From Candidatus Adlerbacteria bacterium GW2011_GWA1_54_10 (lineage in GTDB: Bacteria > Patescibacteriota > Minisyncoccia > Phycocordibacterales > SBAW01): a stretch of 64,000 nucleotides of DNA. Positions 17,701 through 27,013 of the stretch are shown piece by piece. The stretch spans positions 483 to 64,482 of the forward strand of contig LCRO01000001.1 of NCBI GenBank assembly GCA_001004665.1, read 5' to 3'. The notes beneath the pieces were generated by a model that had not been told where the DNA came from, searched no databases, and was given only the letters and a program-made list of their open reading frames with translations. The stretch's first letter is position 1. The number at the start of each line of letters is the position of its first letter. The translations under genes and the position numbers were made by a program.

Positions 17701-19165
17701 GATTCTCCGCTTCCTGTTTCTTTTCCTTGCCGCCCTCTCCAAGCTCGCGGAGGCTGTTATCCTTTTGCTTCGACAGTTCCCCTGCCCTTTTTTCTAAATA
17801 CTCCTCTGTATTTTTTGCCGGGTCATCCAGCACCTCTTCCAGCAAGGCGTGTAATATCCATCCGATTCTAGGACCTGATGGTTCACGTGTAACATCCATC
17901 AGGCGTTTCCCGTCAATTTTAAGCATTCCTACTGAAACGGGGTCTCGGAGAGCCTGTTCTATCATTGATTGATACTTTCGCAGGCGAAACGGCTGTTCTT
18001 TTGGCCTACCAGTGCCTACGCGGTCGCATATTCTAAGATTGACAAGATCCCAGACATGCTCTTTCCCTACATTTGTGATTATACGCCGAACGGCGGAAAG
18101 TGTTATCTTATCCGGATCGCTGAAAAACATGTGCCAACGTACGAGACTTGTTACATTAGTAACGATTTCACGTGAAAACTTGAGCTCATCGAGCCTCTTC
18201 TTGGCTATTTTTGTTCCGACTATCTCATGACCATAGAAAGTCCAGTCTTTTTTATCTTCCGCAAAACGCCTACTCTTTGGCTTTCCCAGATCGTGGAAAA
18301 GCGCCGCGAGTCGCACTTCAAGCTCCCATCCCTTGTCGGCGGCATGTTGTAGAGAGCGCAGGCTGTGCTCAAAAACATCGTATCTGTGAGCCTGATTTTG
18401 CTCGATATCCACTGCCTCCTCTAGCTCCGGCACAATGTATCTCAATATACCTATTTCGCGGCTTAAAATAAGGGCTTTCATGGGCTGTGGAGAAAGAATA
18501 ATGCGCACGAATTCATCTCGTATCCTCTCCTTTGAGATTTTTTGGAGCTGTCCCGCGCACCTTTCCATGGCGGCTTGGGTCTCTGGCTCTATGGCAAAGT
18601 CCAACTCGGCGGCTATACGCACCGCCCTCAATATCCGCAAGGCATCTTCCTCAAACCTGGCTGTAGGATCCCCCACCGCACGGATCGTTCTATCGGATAT
18701 GTCCTTTATACCGTCATAAAGGTCAACGAGTTGTCCTTTAGATGGGCTATAGGACATGGCGTTTACCGTAAAGTCTCGGCGTTTAAGGTCATCTTCGAGC
18801 GTTCTGCCCCACTCCACCGTATCGGGCCGGCGCGCATCGCTGTATTTGCCCTCCAGCCTGTACGGCGTCACTTCTATTATTCGCAAACTCTCATCTGTAA
18901 CTTTGTCGCGCTCTTCCATAGCCTCTGGAGAAGGTGGGTTTACTACCCCTACTGTCCCGAATTCGTTGGTATAAAAGGTGTTTTCAAACAAATTTTGTAT
19001 CTGGTCGGGACTGGCGCTGGTCGTTATGTCCCAATCTTTGGGCTTGAGCCCCAAGAGGATATCCCGCACGCATCCGCCTACTATCCATGCCTCGAAGCCT
19101 GCCCTTTCGAGCGAGCTGACGACTCGCACCACTTCCGGCGGTATTTGGCTGGGGCGCAATTGCAT
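17663..19165 (-). CDS. cca: tRNA nucleotidyltransferase (CCA-adding enzyme) with HD domain.
   Basis: Pol-beta NTase head GGCVRDILLG...DWDITT, HD motif LAALFHDLGKP. 500 aa. Confidence 0.85.
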   Translation of the reverse strand: MQLRPSQIPPEVVRVVSSLERAGFEAWIVGGCVRDILLGLKPKDWDITTSASPDQIQNLFENTFYTNEFGTVGVVNPPSPEAMEERDKVTDESLRIIEVTPYRLEGKYSDARRPDTVEWGRTLEDDLKRRDFTVNAMSYSPSKGQLVDLYDGIKDISDRTIRAVGDPTARFEEDALRILRAVRIAAELDFAIEPETQAAMERCAGQLQKISKERIRDEFVRIILSPQPMKALILSREIGILRYIVPELEEAVDIEQNQAHRYDVFEHSLRSLQHAADKGWELEVRLAALFHDLGKPKSRRFAEDKKDWTFYGHEIVGTKIAKKRLDELKFSREIVTNVTSLVRWHMFFSDPDKITLSAVRRIITNVGKEHVWDLVNLRICDRVGTGRPKEQPFRLRKYQSMIEQALRDPVSVGMLKIDGKRLMDVTREPSGPRIGWILHALLEEVLDDPAKNTEEYLEKRAGELSKQKDNSLRELGEGGKEKKQEAENQEIKDIQKKYFV

Positions 19166-19207
19166 TGGCTAATTCTAACAGATAAAGCTAATATTGATTC
19201 ATAGCTT

Positions 19208-19279
19208 GCTCCCGTGGTGAAATGGATATCACGCGACGCTTCGGACGTCGAATTTCGGGTTCGAGTCCTGACGGGAGCG
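19208..19279 (+). tRNA. tRNA-Arg (anticodon UCG).
   Basis: Acceptor gctcccg/cgggagc, D-stem gtga/tcac, anticodon stem cgacg/cgtcg with loop cttcgga, T-arm tcggg-ttcgagt-cctga. Folded by hand. Confidence 0.55.
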
Positions 19280-19310
19280 CAGGAATGGGATATAATTATT
19301 TTTAGAAATT

Positions 19311-19381
19311 GCGGCCATGGTTAAGTGGTATAATGCGTCCTTGCCAAGGACGAGTTGGGAGTTCGATTCTCCCTGGCCGCA
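19311..19381 (+). tRNA. tRNA-Gly (anticodon GCC).
   Basis: Acceptor gcggcca/tggccgc, anticodon arm cgtcc-ttgccaa-ggacg, T-arm gggag-ttcgatt-ctccc. Confidence 0.7.
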
Positions 19382-19513
19382 CAAAAAGGCGATAAAAGAC
19401 ACCCAAATCGCTTGTTTCTGTGGAAAAGACTGTGAAGATGTGCATAAAGGACATTTTTATGTCCTTTATGGTTACTATAGTAACGATTTGTTTTCACGTG
19501 AACCGTATTATAT

Positions 19514-19909
19514 ATGTCCAAGACAGCTAAGCGTCAAACAGGCGATATTGGGGAAGGAGTAGCTTGCCACTGGCTAGAGAATAGGGGATATAAGGTAATC
19601 GAGCGCAATTATTTAAAGCCGTGGGGCGAGATAGATATAGTAGCGGAGAAAGCAAAAAAGCTCTATTTTGTGGAGGTAAAGTCAGTTTCACGTGAATCTT
19701 TTGCCAAATTGGGTTCACGTGAAATGTATCGGCCGGAGGAAAATGTTCATCCATCGAAGCTCAAAAGGCTCCATCGAGCGGTCCAGACCTATTTACTGGA
19801 TAGGAAAGTGCCAGAAAATAGGCCCTGGCAGATAGATGTTGTCTGTGTGTACTTAAACTTTGAGGACCGTAAGGCCCGCGTGGAGGTTTTGGAGAATGTG
19901 ATCCTGTAG
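19514..19909 (+). CDS. yraN: YraN/UPF0102-family endonuclease (restriction-endonuclease-like fold).
   Basis: GDIGEGVACHWLENRGYKVIERNY ... GEIDIVAEK ... YFVEVK pattern. 131 aa. Confidence 0.75.
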   Translation: MSKTAKRQTGDIGEGVACHWLENRGYKVIERNYLKPWGEIDIVAEKAKKLYFVEVKSVSRESFAKLGSREMYRPEENVHPSKLKRLHRAVQTYLLDRKVPENRPWQIDVVCVYLNFEDRKARVEVLENVIL

Positions 19910-19949
19910 CCTAAAGGACATCTAAAGGACATATGATAGAGTGTGCGAA

Positions 19950-20020
19950 CGGGCTGTAGTACACCGGTAGTATGCGTGCTTTGGGAGCACGAGAACTGGG
20001 TTCGATTCCCAGCAGCCCGA
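19950..20020 (+). tRNA. tRNA-Pro (anticodon UGG).
   Basis: Acceptor cgggctg/cagcccg, anticodon arm cgtgc-tttggga-gcacg, T-arm ctggg-ttcgatt-cccag. The D-arm pairing is imperfect in my hand fold. Confidence 0.55.
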
Positions 20021-20023
20021 ATT

Positions 20024-21163
20024 TTACCGCCCGTCGAGGGCGGAGATGAGTTGTGCAGTAAGGCCGGGGACGACCGTGGCGTTAAAAAGCGCAGCTTTTG
20101 CCGCAAGATCGCCGGAGAGAAGCCCTTTTATACCCCCGTGTCCCGCGCTTTTCAGGCTCTCATCAATGTGGGAGAGAGTTATGGCGCGCAGATCGCGCTC
20201 GCCAGTAGAACCTTCAAGTATTGCGGTCGAAATTATCCCGCCGAGCCTGCCGCTTTTAAGTGGTACTGCGGCTCCGCCCGAAGAACCGCTTTGGGAGAGT
20301 ATTGTGCCGCCTATGGAAAAAAGGTCAATGTCGTCCGCCGTGCCCTCGAAGGAATAAAGGCGGGTTAGATAGGCGAGCGCCGAGCTTGCATAAAGGTTGG
20401 TTGCTATCGTCTCGCCGGAAAGAAATCCGGCCGGATAGGCGGCAAGAAGTATTTGTTCGCCAAGCGTCCGCTCGCCTATGTCAGGCTCAAGAGCAGGGAA
20501 GTGGGAAGGCAGGGGATTTTTGGGGTTATACGGGCCGGTAATAAGCAAAAATGCATAATCCCTCTCGCCCGTGCCGAGGGCCCGCTGCTCTGCAATTTGG
20601 GGGGCGTTCTCCGCCACCCATGTAGGCGGGAGATAAAGCAGGGCGGCGCGGTATTGCGGCTCGGCTGGGCTCCCAGCGCGCACGATGCAGTCAATATTAC
20701 CGGGCATGCCGTAGTCGCGCAAAAGGAAATATTGCGCGACGTGTGCGGCTGTCAAAATTACGCCGCGGCTGTCCACGATAACGCCGCTGCCGGAAATGGG
20801 GTTGAGATAGCCGCCGCGCAGTGTGGTGCAGACAATATTTATCAGCGCCGCGCGCGTTTCGGTATTTAACTGTGAGAACGACTTCGCGGGCGCGTCGGCA
20901 GGCTCCAGCGGTTCCGGGATTTTCGCCGCGGGAGTGACAGAAGGCAACTCCTCGCCCGCTTGCGGAGAGGTGTTGCCTTGAGGGGCTGTAAGTTGCGGCT
21001 CCGGCTCTTGCATGGTTACTCGCGTTGTCGTCGCTATATCCTGCGTCGGCGCTGGAGCTTGGGTCACCACCTGCGGTGCCGCGCCAAAAAGCGTAGCAAT
21101 TGCAACAATCACTACGGCAAAAAACCTTGCCACGGCGTCAATTAATCCGTAGATAAATTCCAT
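20024..21163 (-). CDS. Secreted trypsin-like (S1 family) serine protease.
   Basis: N-terminal TM/signal VVIVAIATLFGAAPQ. His motif GVILTAAHVAQ. Ser motif GSSGGAAV. 379 aa. Confidence 0.7.
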   Translation of the reverse strand: MEFIYGLIDAVARFFAVVIVAIATLFGAAPQVVTQAPAPTQDIATTTRVTMQEPEPQLTAPQGNTSPQAGEELPSVTPAAKIPEPLEPADAPAKSFSQLNTETRAALINIVCTTLRGGYLNPISGSGVIVDSRGVILTAAHVAQYFLLRDYGMPGNIDCIVRAGSPAEPQYRAALLYLPPTWVAENAPQIAEQRALGTGERDYAFLLITGPYNPKNPLPSHFPALEPDIGERTLGEQILLAAYPAGFLSGETIATNLYASSALAYLTRLYSFEGTADDIDLFSIGGTILSQSGSSGGAAVPLKSGRLGGIISTAILEGSTGERDLRAITLSHIDESLKSAGHGGIKGLLSGDLAAKAALFNATVVPGLTAQLISALDGR

Positions 21164-21250
21164 GATTAGAAGTATTATACTAAATTGAGTTTTTCCGCCC
21201 TAGCGGACTAGCGGGCTTGCCCGCCGAAGTCACGCTATGGCGGGACGAAG

Positions 21251-21321
21251 GCGGGATTAGTTTAGTGGCAAAACGACAGTTTTCCAAACTGTAGTCGGGA
21301 GTTCGATTCTCCCATCCCGCA
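21251..21321 (+). tRNA. tRNA-Gly (anticodon UCC).
   Basis: Acceptor gcgggat/atcccgc, anticodon arm acagt-tttccaa-actgt, T-arm gggag-ttcgatt-ctccc. Confidence 0.65.
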
Positions 21322-21408
21322 CACTTCGACTCGAGGACTCGCTCAGTGTAAACACTGAGCCATAGTAAAGTGGAGAAGTACCCCGAGTTCTATCGAGGGG
21401 CTCCTAAT

Positions 21409-21663
21409 ATGAAATGGTTTGTATACATAGCACAAGCGGCTTCTGGTTATTACTATGTTGGGATTTCTCCTAACCCGAAAGAACGTATAATTTGCCATAA
21501 TGCCGGCGCTGGTTCTCAAATGGCAAGACAGCACGGGTCTTTCGAGTTAGTGTATTCTTCCGCACCCTTTCCAAATAAATCTGAGGCTCGAAAGCGTGAA
21601 ATACAACTCAAAGGCTGGAGTAAAGAAAAGAAATTGAAGTTGATAAAAGGCGAATGGAAATAG
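21409..21663 (+). CDS. GIY-YIG nuclease-superfamily protein (UPF0213-like).
   Basis: WFVYIAQAASGYYYVGISPNPKERIICHNAG...FELVY...LKGWSKEKKLKLI. The start is taken at the internal Met (MKWFVYI) of ORF 21370..21663. Confidence 0.7.
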   Translation: MKWFVYIAQAASGYYYVGISPNPKERIICHNAGAGSQMARQHGSFELVYSSAPFPNKSEARKREIQLKGWSKEKKLKLIKGEWK

Positions 21664-21815
21664 GTGAGCCCGCGCGCCATTAGCTTCGTTCAAAAAATGT
21701 TCGGATTTCGGCTCCCCATTTTTCCAAGGCATTTTATCGAGTAAGGAGACTTGAGTGGGACACCAAACCAAAAGCCCCCGTTCGGGGGCTTTTGGTTTTC
21801 CGGAATTTTTAGGAT

Positions 21816-22088
21816 TTACTTTACCGCCTCTTTAAGCGCTTTTGCGGGCTGGAACTTGGGCACGCGCATCGCCGGCACTTGCACCGAAGCGCCCGTGCGC
21901 GGGTTGCGGGCCGTGCGAGCGGCGCGCATTTTGGTCTTGAAGATGCCGAGGCCCGCCACCGAAACTTCCTCGCCCTTGCGCAAGCACCCGACGATGCAGT
22001 CTATCATCGCCTCGACGGCGCGCTCGGCGTCGGCCTTGGTGGTTCCAAGGACGCCGTGGACCTTTTCCGCAATGTCCTGCTTGTTCAT
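21816..22088 (-). CDS. hup: DNA-binding protein HU.
   Basis: 90 aa. MNKQDIAEKV...GLGIFKTKMRAARTARNPRTGASVQVPAMRVPKFQPAKALK signature arm. Confidence 0.9.
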   Translation of the reverse strand: MNKQDIAEKVHGVLGTTKADAERAVEAMIDCIVGCLRKGEEVSVAGLGIFKTKMRAARTARNPRTGASVQVPAMRVPKFQPAKALKEAVK

Positions 22089-22197
22089 AGATTAAAAGGT
22101 TACTATTAAAAGCCTCCGTAGTATACCTCCTCCAAAAAAGCCTGCAATAGAGCCATCCCCAAATGCGGCGGTCCGTCCAAAACCGCCTTGCCGACCG

Positions 22198-23727
22198 CTA
22201 TCTTGCGAATTCTATTGCCCTTGTCTCCCTTATCACGTTCACTTTTATCTCTCCCGGATACTTAAGCTCGTTCTCGATGCGGAGGGCTATCTGCCGCGCC
22301 AGCTCGCGCGCGGCGAAGTCCGACATTTCTTCCGGTTTGACGAATATCCTAACCTCGCGGCCTGCGGAAATGGCGTAGGATTTTTCGACGCCTGGGAAGG
22401 AGTTCGCTATCTGCTCAATGTCCGATAGCCGCTTTAGATACTGCTCGACGCTGTCGCGCCGCGCGCCCGGGCGGCCGCCGGAGATGGCGTCCGCCACCTG
22501 CACTATCACCGATTCCACAGTTTCGTAGGGGTACTCTTCGTGATGCGCCTGCATCGCCTTTATGACTTCCTCGCTGACGCCGAATTTTTGCAGGATGCGG
22601 CGGCCTATCTCGACATGTGTGCCTTGCACCTCGTGGTCAAGCGCTTTACCTATGTCGTGGAGGAGCGCTCCGGCGCGCGCCACGGCCGGGTTTGCGCCGA
22701 GCTCCTCGGCTATCATTCCGGAGAGGTGGGCCATCTCGATGCTGTGCTGAAGCACGCTTTGCCCGTAGGACGTGCGGAAGTGGAGCCTGCCCAAAATCTG
22801 CAAAAGTTTGGGGTCGAGATTCAAGACGCCGGCCTCGAAGGCCGCCTGTTCGCCCTTTTCCTTGATTATTTTATTGACCTCCTGCTTGGCCTTCTCTACC
22901 AGCTCTTCTATTTTTGCGGGCTGGATGCGCCCATCTATTATCAAATTCTCAAGCGCGACGCGCGCGACCGCGCGACGCACGGGGTCGTATGACGAAAGCA
23001 CTATGGAACCCGGCGTGTCGTCGATAATGACCTCAACGCCGGTCGCGCGCTCGAACGCCTTGATGTTGCGGCCTTCCTTGCCGATTATCTTGCCCTTAAG
23101 GTCGTCGGAGGGAATGGTGATTGCCGTCGCCATTGTGTCGCTTGCGACGGAATTCCCCATGCGGTGTATTGCGGTCGTCAAGATCTCGCGCGCCCGCCTC
23201 TCCAGCTTCTCCCCGCTCTCGCGCTCGAGCTTTTGCAGGCGGACCATAAAATCGTCGCTCATCTCGCGCTCAAGCTCCGCATAAAGACGCTCCTTAGCCT
23301 CGTCTTTAGTAAGCCCCGCGACTTTGGCAAGCGCGCCGGCGCGCTCCTCGAGCAGCTGCTCGGCGCGCTCTCTGATGGATTTAACGTCCTCGATGCGGGC
23401 TTTTACCGCCTCTATTTCACTGTCGAGTTCGCCCTGCTTCTTGTCTATCTGCTCCTCGCGCTTGAAGACGCGCTCCTCGGCGCGCGTCAGCTTTTCTCCC
23501 TTTTCCTTGAGAAGTTCTTCGCCGACCAGTGAGGCCCTCTTGGCCTCCTCCTGCGTGACCTCGGTTATTTTTTTAGCCTCCTCGCGCGCATCGAGGAGCA
23601 TCTGCTTAACCTTGACTTCTATCGAGCCCTTACGCGATAGGACAAGCAACCAGCGGAATACGTAGCCAATGACGGCGCCACCCAGCCCCGCGGCCCCGAG
23701 GAGCAAAAACAATGTGGTTAATGACAT
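22198..23727 (-). CDS. rny: Ribonuclease Y (membrane-anchored KH + HD endoribonuclease).
   Basis: N-terminal TM helix, long coiled-coil, KH domain (LKGKIIGKEGRNIKAFERATGVEVIIDD), HD domain (LLHDIGKA). 509 aa. Confidence 0.9.
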   Translation of the reverse strand: MSLTTLFLLLGAAGLGGAVIGYVFRWLLVLSRKGSIEVKVKQMLLDAREEAKKITEVTQEEAKRASLVGEELLKEKGEKLTRAEERVFKREEQIDKKQGELDSEIEAVKARIEDVKSIRERAEQLLEERAGALAKVAGLTKDEAKERLYAELEREMSDDFMVRLQKLERESGEKLERRAREILTTAIHRMGNSVASDTMATAITIPSDDLKGKIIGKEGRNIKAFERATGVEVIIDDTPGSIVLSSYDPVRRAVARVALENLIIDGRIQPAKIEELVEKAKQEVNKIIKEKGEQAAFEAGVLNLDPKLLQILGRLHFRTSYGQSVLQHSIEMAHLSGMIAEELGANPAVARAGALLHDIGKALDHEVQGTHVEIGRRILQKFGVSEEVIKAMQAHHEEYPYETVESVIVQVADAISGGRPGARRDSVEQYLKRLSDIEQIANSFPGVEKSYAISAGREVRIFVKPEEMSDFAARELARQIALRIENELKYPGEIKVNVIRETRAIEFAR

Positions 23728-23775
23728 AAAGAAAGATCATAAAATTTGATATGAAACGGACACTGCAATAATGCC

Positions 23776-24381
23776 CTATTTTTTTCCTTTGTGCAAGAAT
23801 ATCTCGTCTATGATTCCGTACTTTTTGGCCTCCTCCGAGGTCATGAAGAAGTCGCGCTCCACATCTTTCTCTATCTTCTCCATGGTTTGTCCCGTCGCCT
23901 TAACGAGAATTTTGTTGAGACGATCTCTCGTCGCCACGATGTGCTTGGCGGTTATCTCGATGTCGGTGGCCTGCCCCTGCGCGCCGCCCCATGGCTGGTG
24001 TATCATCACCTCCGCATTGGGGAGAGCGAAGCGCTTGCCCTTCTGTCCGCCCGCGAGCATTATCGCGGCGCCGGAGGCGGCGATGCCGACGCACACTGTC
24101 GCGACATCCGGCTTGATGTAGTTCATCGTATCGAGCATCGCCAAAGTGGCCGTTACGGAGCCGCCCGGGGAGTTGATGTAGATTTGGATGTCTTTTTTCG
24201 GGTCCTCGCTCTCCAAGAACAGGAGCTGGGCGATGATGAGATTCGCCGTGTTGTCCTCGATGGGGCCGCCGAGAAAAATTATCCGCTCCTTAAGGAGCCG
24301 CGAATAAATGTCGAACGCCCGCTCGCCATAGGGCGACTTCTCCACGACCATAGGAACGAGCTGATTGCTGAAAGTTTGCAT
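23776..24381 (-). CDS. clpP: ATP-dependent Clp protease proteolytic subunit.
   Basis: [38 protein letters not shown]...[10 protein letters not shown] ... Ser-His-Asp triad context. 201 aa. Confidence 0.92.
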   Translation of the reverse strand: MQTFSNQLVPMVVEKSPYGERAFDIYSRLLKERIIFLGGPIEDNTANLIIAQLLFLESEDPKKDIQIYINSPGGSVTATLAMLDTMNYIKPDVATVCVGIAASGAAIMLAGGQKGKRFALPNAEVMIHQPWGGAQGQATDIEITAKHIVATRDRLNKILVKATGQTMEKIEKDVERDFFMTSEEAKKYGIIDEIFLHKGKK

Positions 24382-24593
24382 GGAAGTAGTTTAGCCTTGA
24401 CTCTCTGACTTATCAAGCGCATTCTCGAGTGCAGATAGTTTCATGGAGGTCGATATGACAACCAGGCAGGAACTCGATGTCTTGTTTCTGGACATCAAGA
24501 CGTATGACAGGCTCGTAAGCGCGGCGATAAAAGCCGGGGCCAATATTTTAGAATACAATCGCATAACGGACGGCGAACGCTTGCCCGCTCTTT

Positions 24594-25502
24594 TTATTTG
24601 TGTTTCTCACCCTCCAGAAGCTTCAAAACTTTTTCGTTGCGGAGGACGGTTTCGATATGGATGCGCAGTAGGTCGCGCTTGGCGTCCGGGAAATGCTCAA
24701 GGGCGCGCTTTACTTCCGTCTCTGCCGCGTCTTTGTCCGGCTCTATTTTTTCCTCCTGCGCTATCTTATTGAGGACGAGCTGGAGCTTGGCGCGCCTCCG
24801 CGCGCTCTCGCGCAGCTCGCTGCGCATCGTTTCTTCCGTCTTGTTTATTTTTACCAGGTATTCGTCGAACGAAAGCCCGAAACGCTTAATATCCTCGCGC
24901 ATTTGCGCCAGAATTTTTTCCTGCTCGCTCTCGATGAAAACTCGCGGCACTGCAACGGCCGATTTCGCCATGAGCGAGTCAATTAGCTTAGCGCGCCGTG
25001 CGCTGTGCGCCATGTACTCTCGAGCCTTCTGCTCCTCCTTTGGGGACGGCGGCGGATCGGACTTTGGCAATTCTCCCGCGTATGGCTCCTGCGGTATTTT
25101 CTCGTGCAGTTCCATCCAGTTGCGCGGGAGGGTGACTTCTGGGAGCGCGCATACGCGCACTGAAATACCCACAGGATTACCCGTTGCGAGCTTTGTAATG
25201 CGTATTTCCGGCCGGCCTACGGCATCAATTTTGTGAGCCGCGATGAGCGCGGGATAAAAGTCTTTTATAAAAAATTCCACGGACTCTTCCAATACGGCGA
25301 TCTCCCCGGCCTTTTGCAGGGCGATCGCGCGAGGCACCTTGCCGGGGCGGAATCCTGGCAGTTCCAAATGTTCTGCGATGTGCGCGAGGGCGCGGTCGCG
25401 ATAGGACGCGACTGCCTCGAAAGGTATTTCGCCCGCAAACTCGACTTCGGACTCGGGAAGATTTTTTAGAGAAAGATATTTCGCCAGTTCCTCATGAGAC
25501 AT
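24594..25502 (-). CDS. tig: Trigger factor (short form, ribosome-binding plus chaperone arms).
   Basis: GFRPGKVPRAI ribosome-binding motif. Immediately upstream of clpP as in the canonical tig-clpP arrangement. 302 aa, shorter than typical, with a reduced PPIase region. Confidence 0.7.
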   Translation of the reverse strand: MSHEELAKYLSLKNLPESEVEFAGEIPFEAVASYRDRALAHIAEHLELPGFRPGKVPRAIALQKAGEIAVLEESVEFFIKDFYPALIAAHKIDAVGRPEIRITKLATGNPVGISVRVCALPEVTLPRNWMELHEKIPQEPYAGELPKSDPPPSPKEEQKAREYMAHSARRAKLIDSLMAKSAVAVPRVFIESEQEKILAQMREDIKRFGLSFDEYLVKINKTEETMRSELRESARRRAKLQLVLNKIAQEEKIEPDKDAAETEVKRALEHFPDAKRDLLRIHIETVLRNEKVLKLLEGEKHK

Positions 25503-25511
25503 CCGGCGATA

Positions 25512-25784
25512 TTACAACGATTGTTCCAGATTTGAAAACTCTCCTTCGATATTCGCATCTCCGGTTGCGTTCAAGTCCGCCTCGATGTTGCGGAGCTCGT
25601 CCGAGGATGAGTCCGCTGATGCGCCGCTCTCACTTACTACCAACTCGTTCTGCGACTGCAGTATAAAGAAATATGCCCCGCCGGCTGCGAGGAGCAGGAC
25701 AACGATGATTATGCCGATTATCGCACCGACGCCCCCGCCGCTGTGCGGCTGGGGCGTCGGGTCCATGATAGGGGCGGCTTCCAT
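25512..25784 (-). CDS. Small membrane protein, hypothetical.
   Basis: 90 aa with one TM segment GAIIGIIIVVLLLAAGGAYFFIL and an acidic C-terminus. Confidence 0.4.
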   Translation of the reverse strand: MEAAPIMDPTPQPHSGGGVGAIIGIIIVVLLLAAGGAYFFILQSQNELVVSESGASADSSSDELRNIEADLNATGDANIEGEFSNLEQSL

Positions 25785-25788
25785 AAGA

Positions 25789-26400
25789 TTATTCTACATC
25801 CGCACCCGCGCCGACCTCCAGTCTTATGCTGCGGATAACTGCCATGAGGGATCGCGCCGCTTGCCGCAGAGCGTCCTGCGCCGCTTCAATTGCCGTGCGC
25901 ACCGCGCCCATATACTCCTTCGGCGTAGGACTCGCGAGCGCCGCGTCAAAGGCCGCGCTGACCGCGAGTCCTTTCTCCGCGGCGACCTCGATATCGGCGT
26001 CGGCCCGCGCAAGCAGGTCTGTCGAGCTCGCCATGGCAAGGCCCTGCACCTTCAGCTTCCCTATCTGCGTTTCAAGCCGCATGGAAGCGTTTTCCAGTTT
26101 GTCTACCGAGCGGTCGAAGTGCTCGAGAATGTTGCCCAAATGCATTTGGGCCTTCTCCCCCCAGCGCCCGCGCGCCTTTTCCTTGATCTCTCCCTTGTGT
26201 TCGCTTATCGCGCTCTTGATTTGTTCTACACGCGCTTTGACCGTAGTCGAGGCATCGCCCCGAGCGTCCAAATTTATTTTTTTAATAACCGGCCCGAGCT
26301 TTATTGTCGACGATGCATTTACCGAAGCCTCGGTTCTCGCGCCGGCAAGGGCTGGCGCGGCGAGCCCCAAGATTGCGAGATAAATAATCAACTTTTTCAT
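25789..26400 (-). CDS. Secreted coiled-coil protein, hypothetical.
   Basis: Signal peptide MKKLIIYLAILGLAAPALAGA. Helical Ala/Glu/Lys-rich body. 203 aa. Confidence 0.45.
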   Translation of the reverse strand: MKKLIIYLAILGLAAPALAGARTEASVNASSTIKLGPVIKKINLDARGDASTTVKARVEQIKSAISEHKGEIKEKARGRWGEKAQMHLGNILEHFDRSVDKLENASMRLETQIGKLKVQGLAMASSTDLLARADADIEVAAEKGLAVSAAFDAALASPTPKEYMGAVRTAIEAAQDALRQAARSLMAVIRSIRLEVGAGADVE

Positions 26401-26471
26401 ATGCTTGCCTGCAATTATATAATAAGAAGCCCGCCGTCTATGACGGCGGGCTGTTCATAACCTTACGATGC

Positions 26472-27011
26472 TTACTTGCCGAACTTTTGCCGATACAGTT
26501 CGAGACCCTCCTTTATTGCGCCCTTCGCGGCCTCTTTACCGTCGAATCCGGTAACCATTACCTCTTTATCTTGCAATTTTTTGTATGTTGAATAGAAGTG
26601 CTCTATTTCCTTAAGCGTATGCTTGTTGATGTCGCCGAGGTCTCTTGTCTCGGCCCAACGCGGGTCGTCCTTAGGGACAGCGATTATTTTGTCGTCGCGC
26701 TCGCCAGAATCCACCATATGCATTATCGCAACCGGCCGCGCCTTTACCAAGATACCAGGCAGAATGGCGTAGGTGGTTAAAAGCACCACATCAAGCGGGT
26801 CATTGTCGTGCCAATAACTTTGTGGAACGAACCCGTAGTCGAATGGGAAATCCTGTGCGGTATGAGCGACTCGGTCGAGCGCGATGATACCGGTCTTTTT
26901 GTCTATCTCGTATTTGTTTTTCGAGCCCTTGTTAATCTCGACGATAACATTGAACTCGTCGGGAGTTTTATCACCTGCCGAAATTTCGTGCCACAAATTC
27001 ATATTTATCAA
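26472..27011 (-). CDS. ppa: Inorganic pyrophosphatase (family I).
   Basis: EINKGSKNKYEID...DRV..FPFDYGFVPQSYWHDNDPLDVVLL motifs. 179 aa. Confidence 0.9.
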   Translation of the reverse strand: MINMNLWHEISAGDKTPDEFNVIVEINKGSKNKYEIDKKTGIIALDRVAHTAQDFPFDYGFVPQSYWHDNDPLDVVLLTTYAILPGILVKARPVAIMHMVDSGERDDKIIAVPKDDPRWAETRDLGDINKHTLKEIEHFYSTYKKLQDKEVMVTGFDGKEAAKGAIKEGLELYRQKFGK

Positions 27012-27013
27012 AA

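Noticed and set aside
19317-19562. 81-aa plus-strand ORF.
   Set aside because: It overlaps tRNA-Gly(GCC) at 19311-19381 and the AAAGGACAT palindrome, and its product has no recognisable features. It is spurious.
21181-21250. Possible additional tRNA just upstream of tRNA-Gly(UCC), from the GC-rich self-complementary stretch gcccgccgaagtcacgctatggcgggac.
   Set aside because: It forms only a simple hairpin. No cloverleaf with a T-arm and anticodon arm could be drawn.
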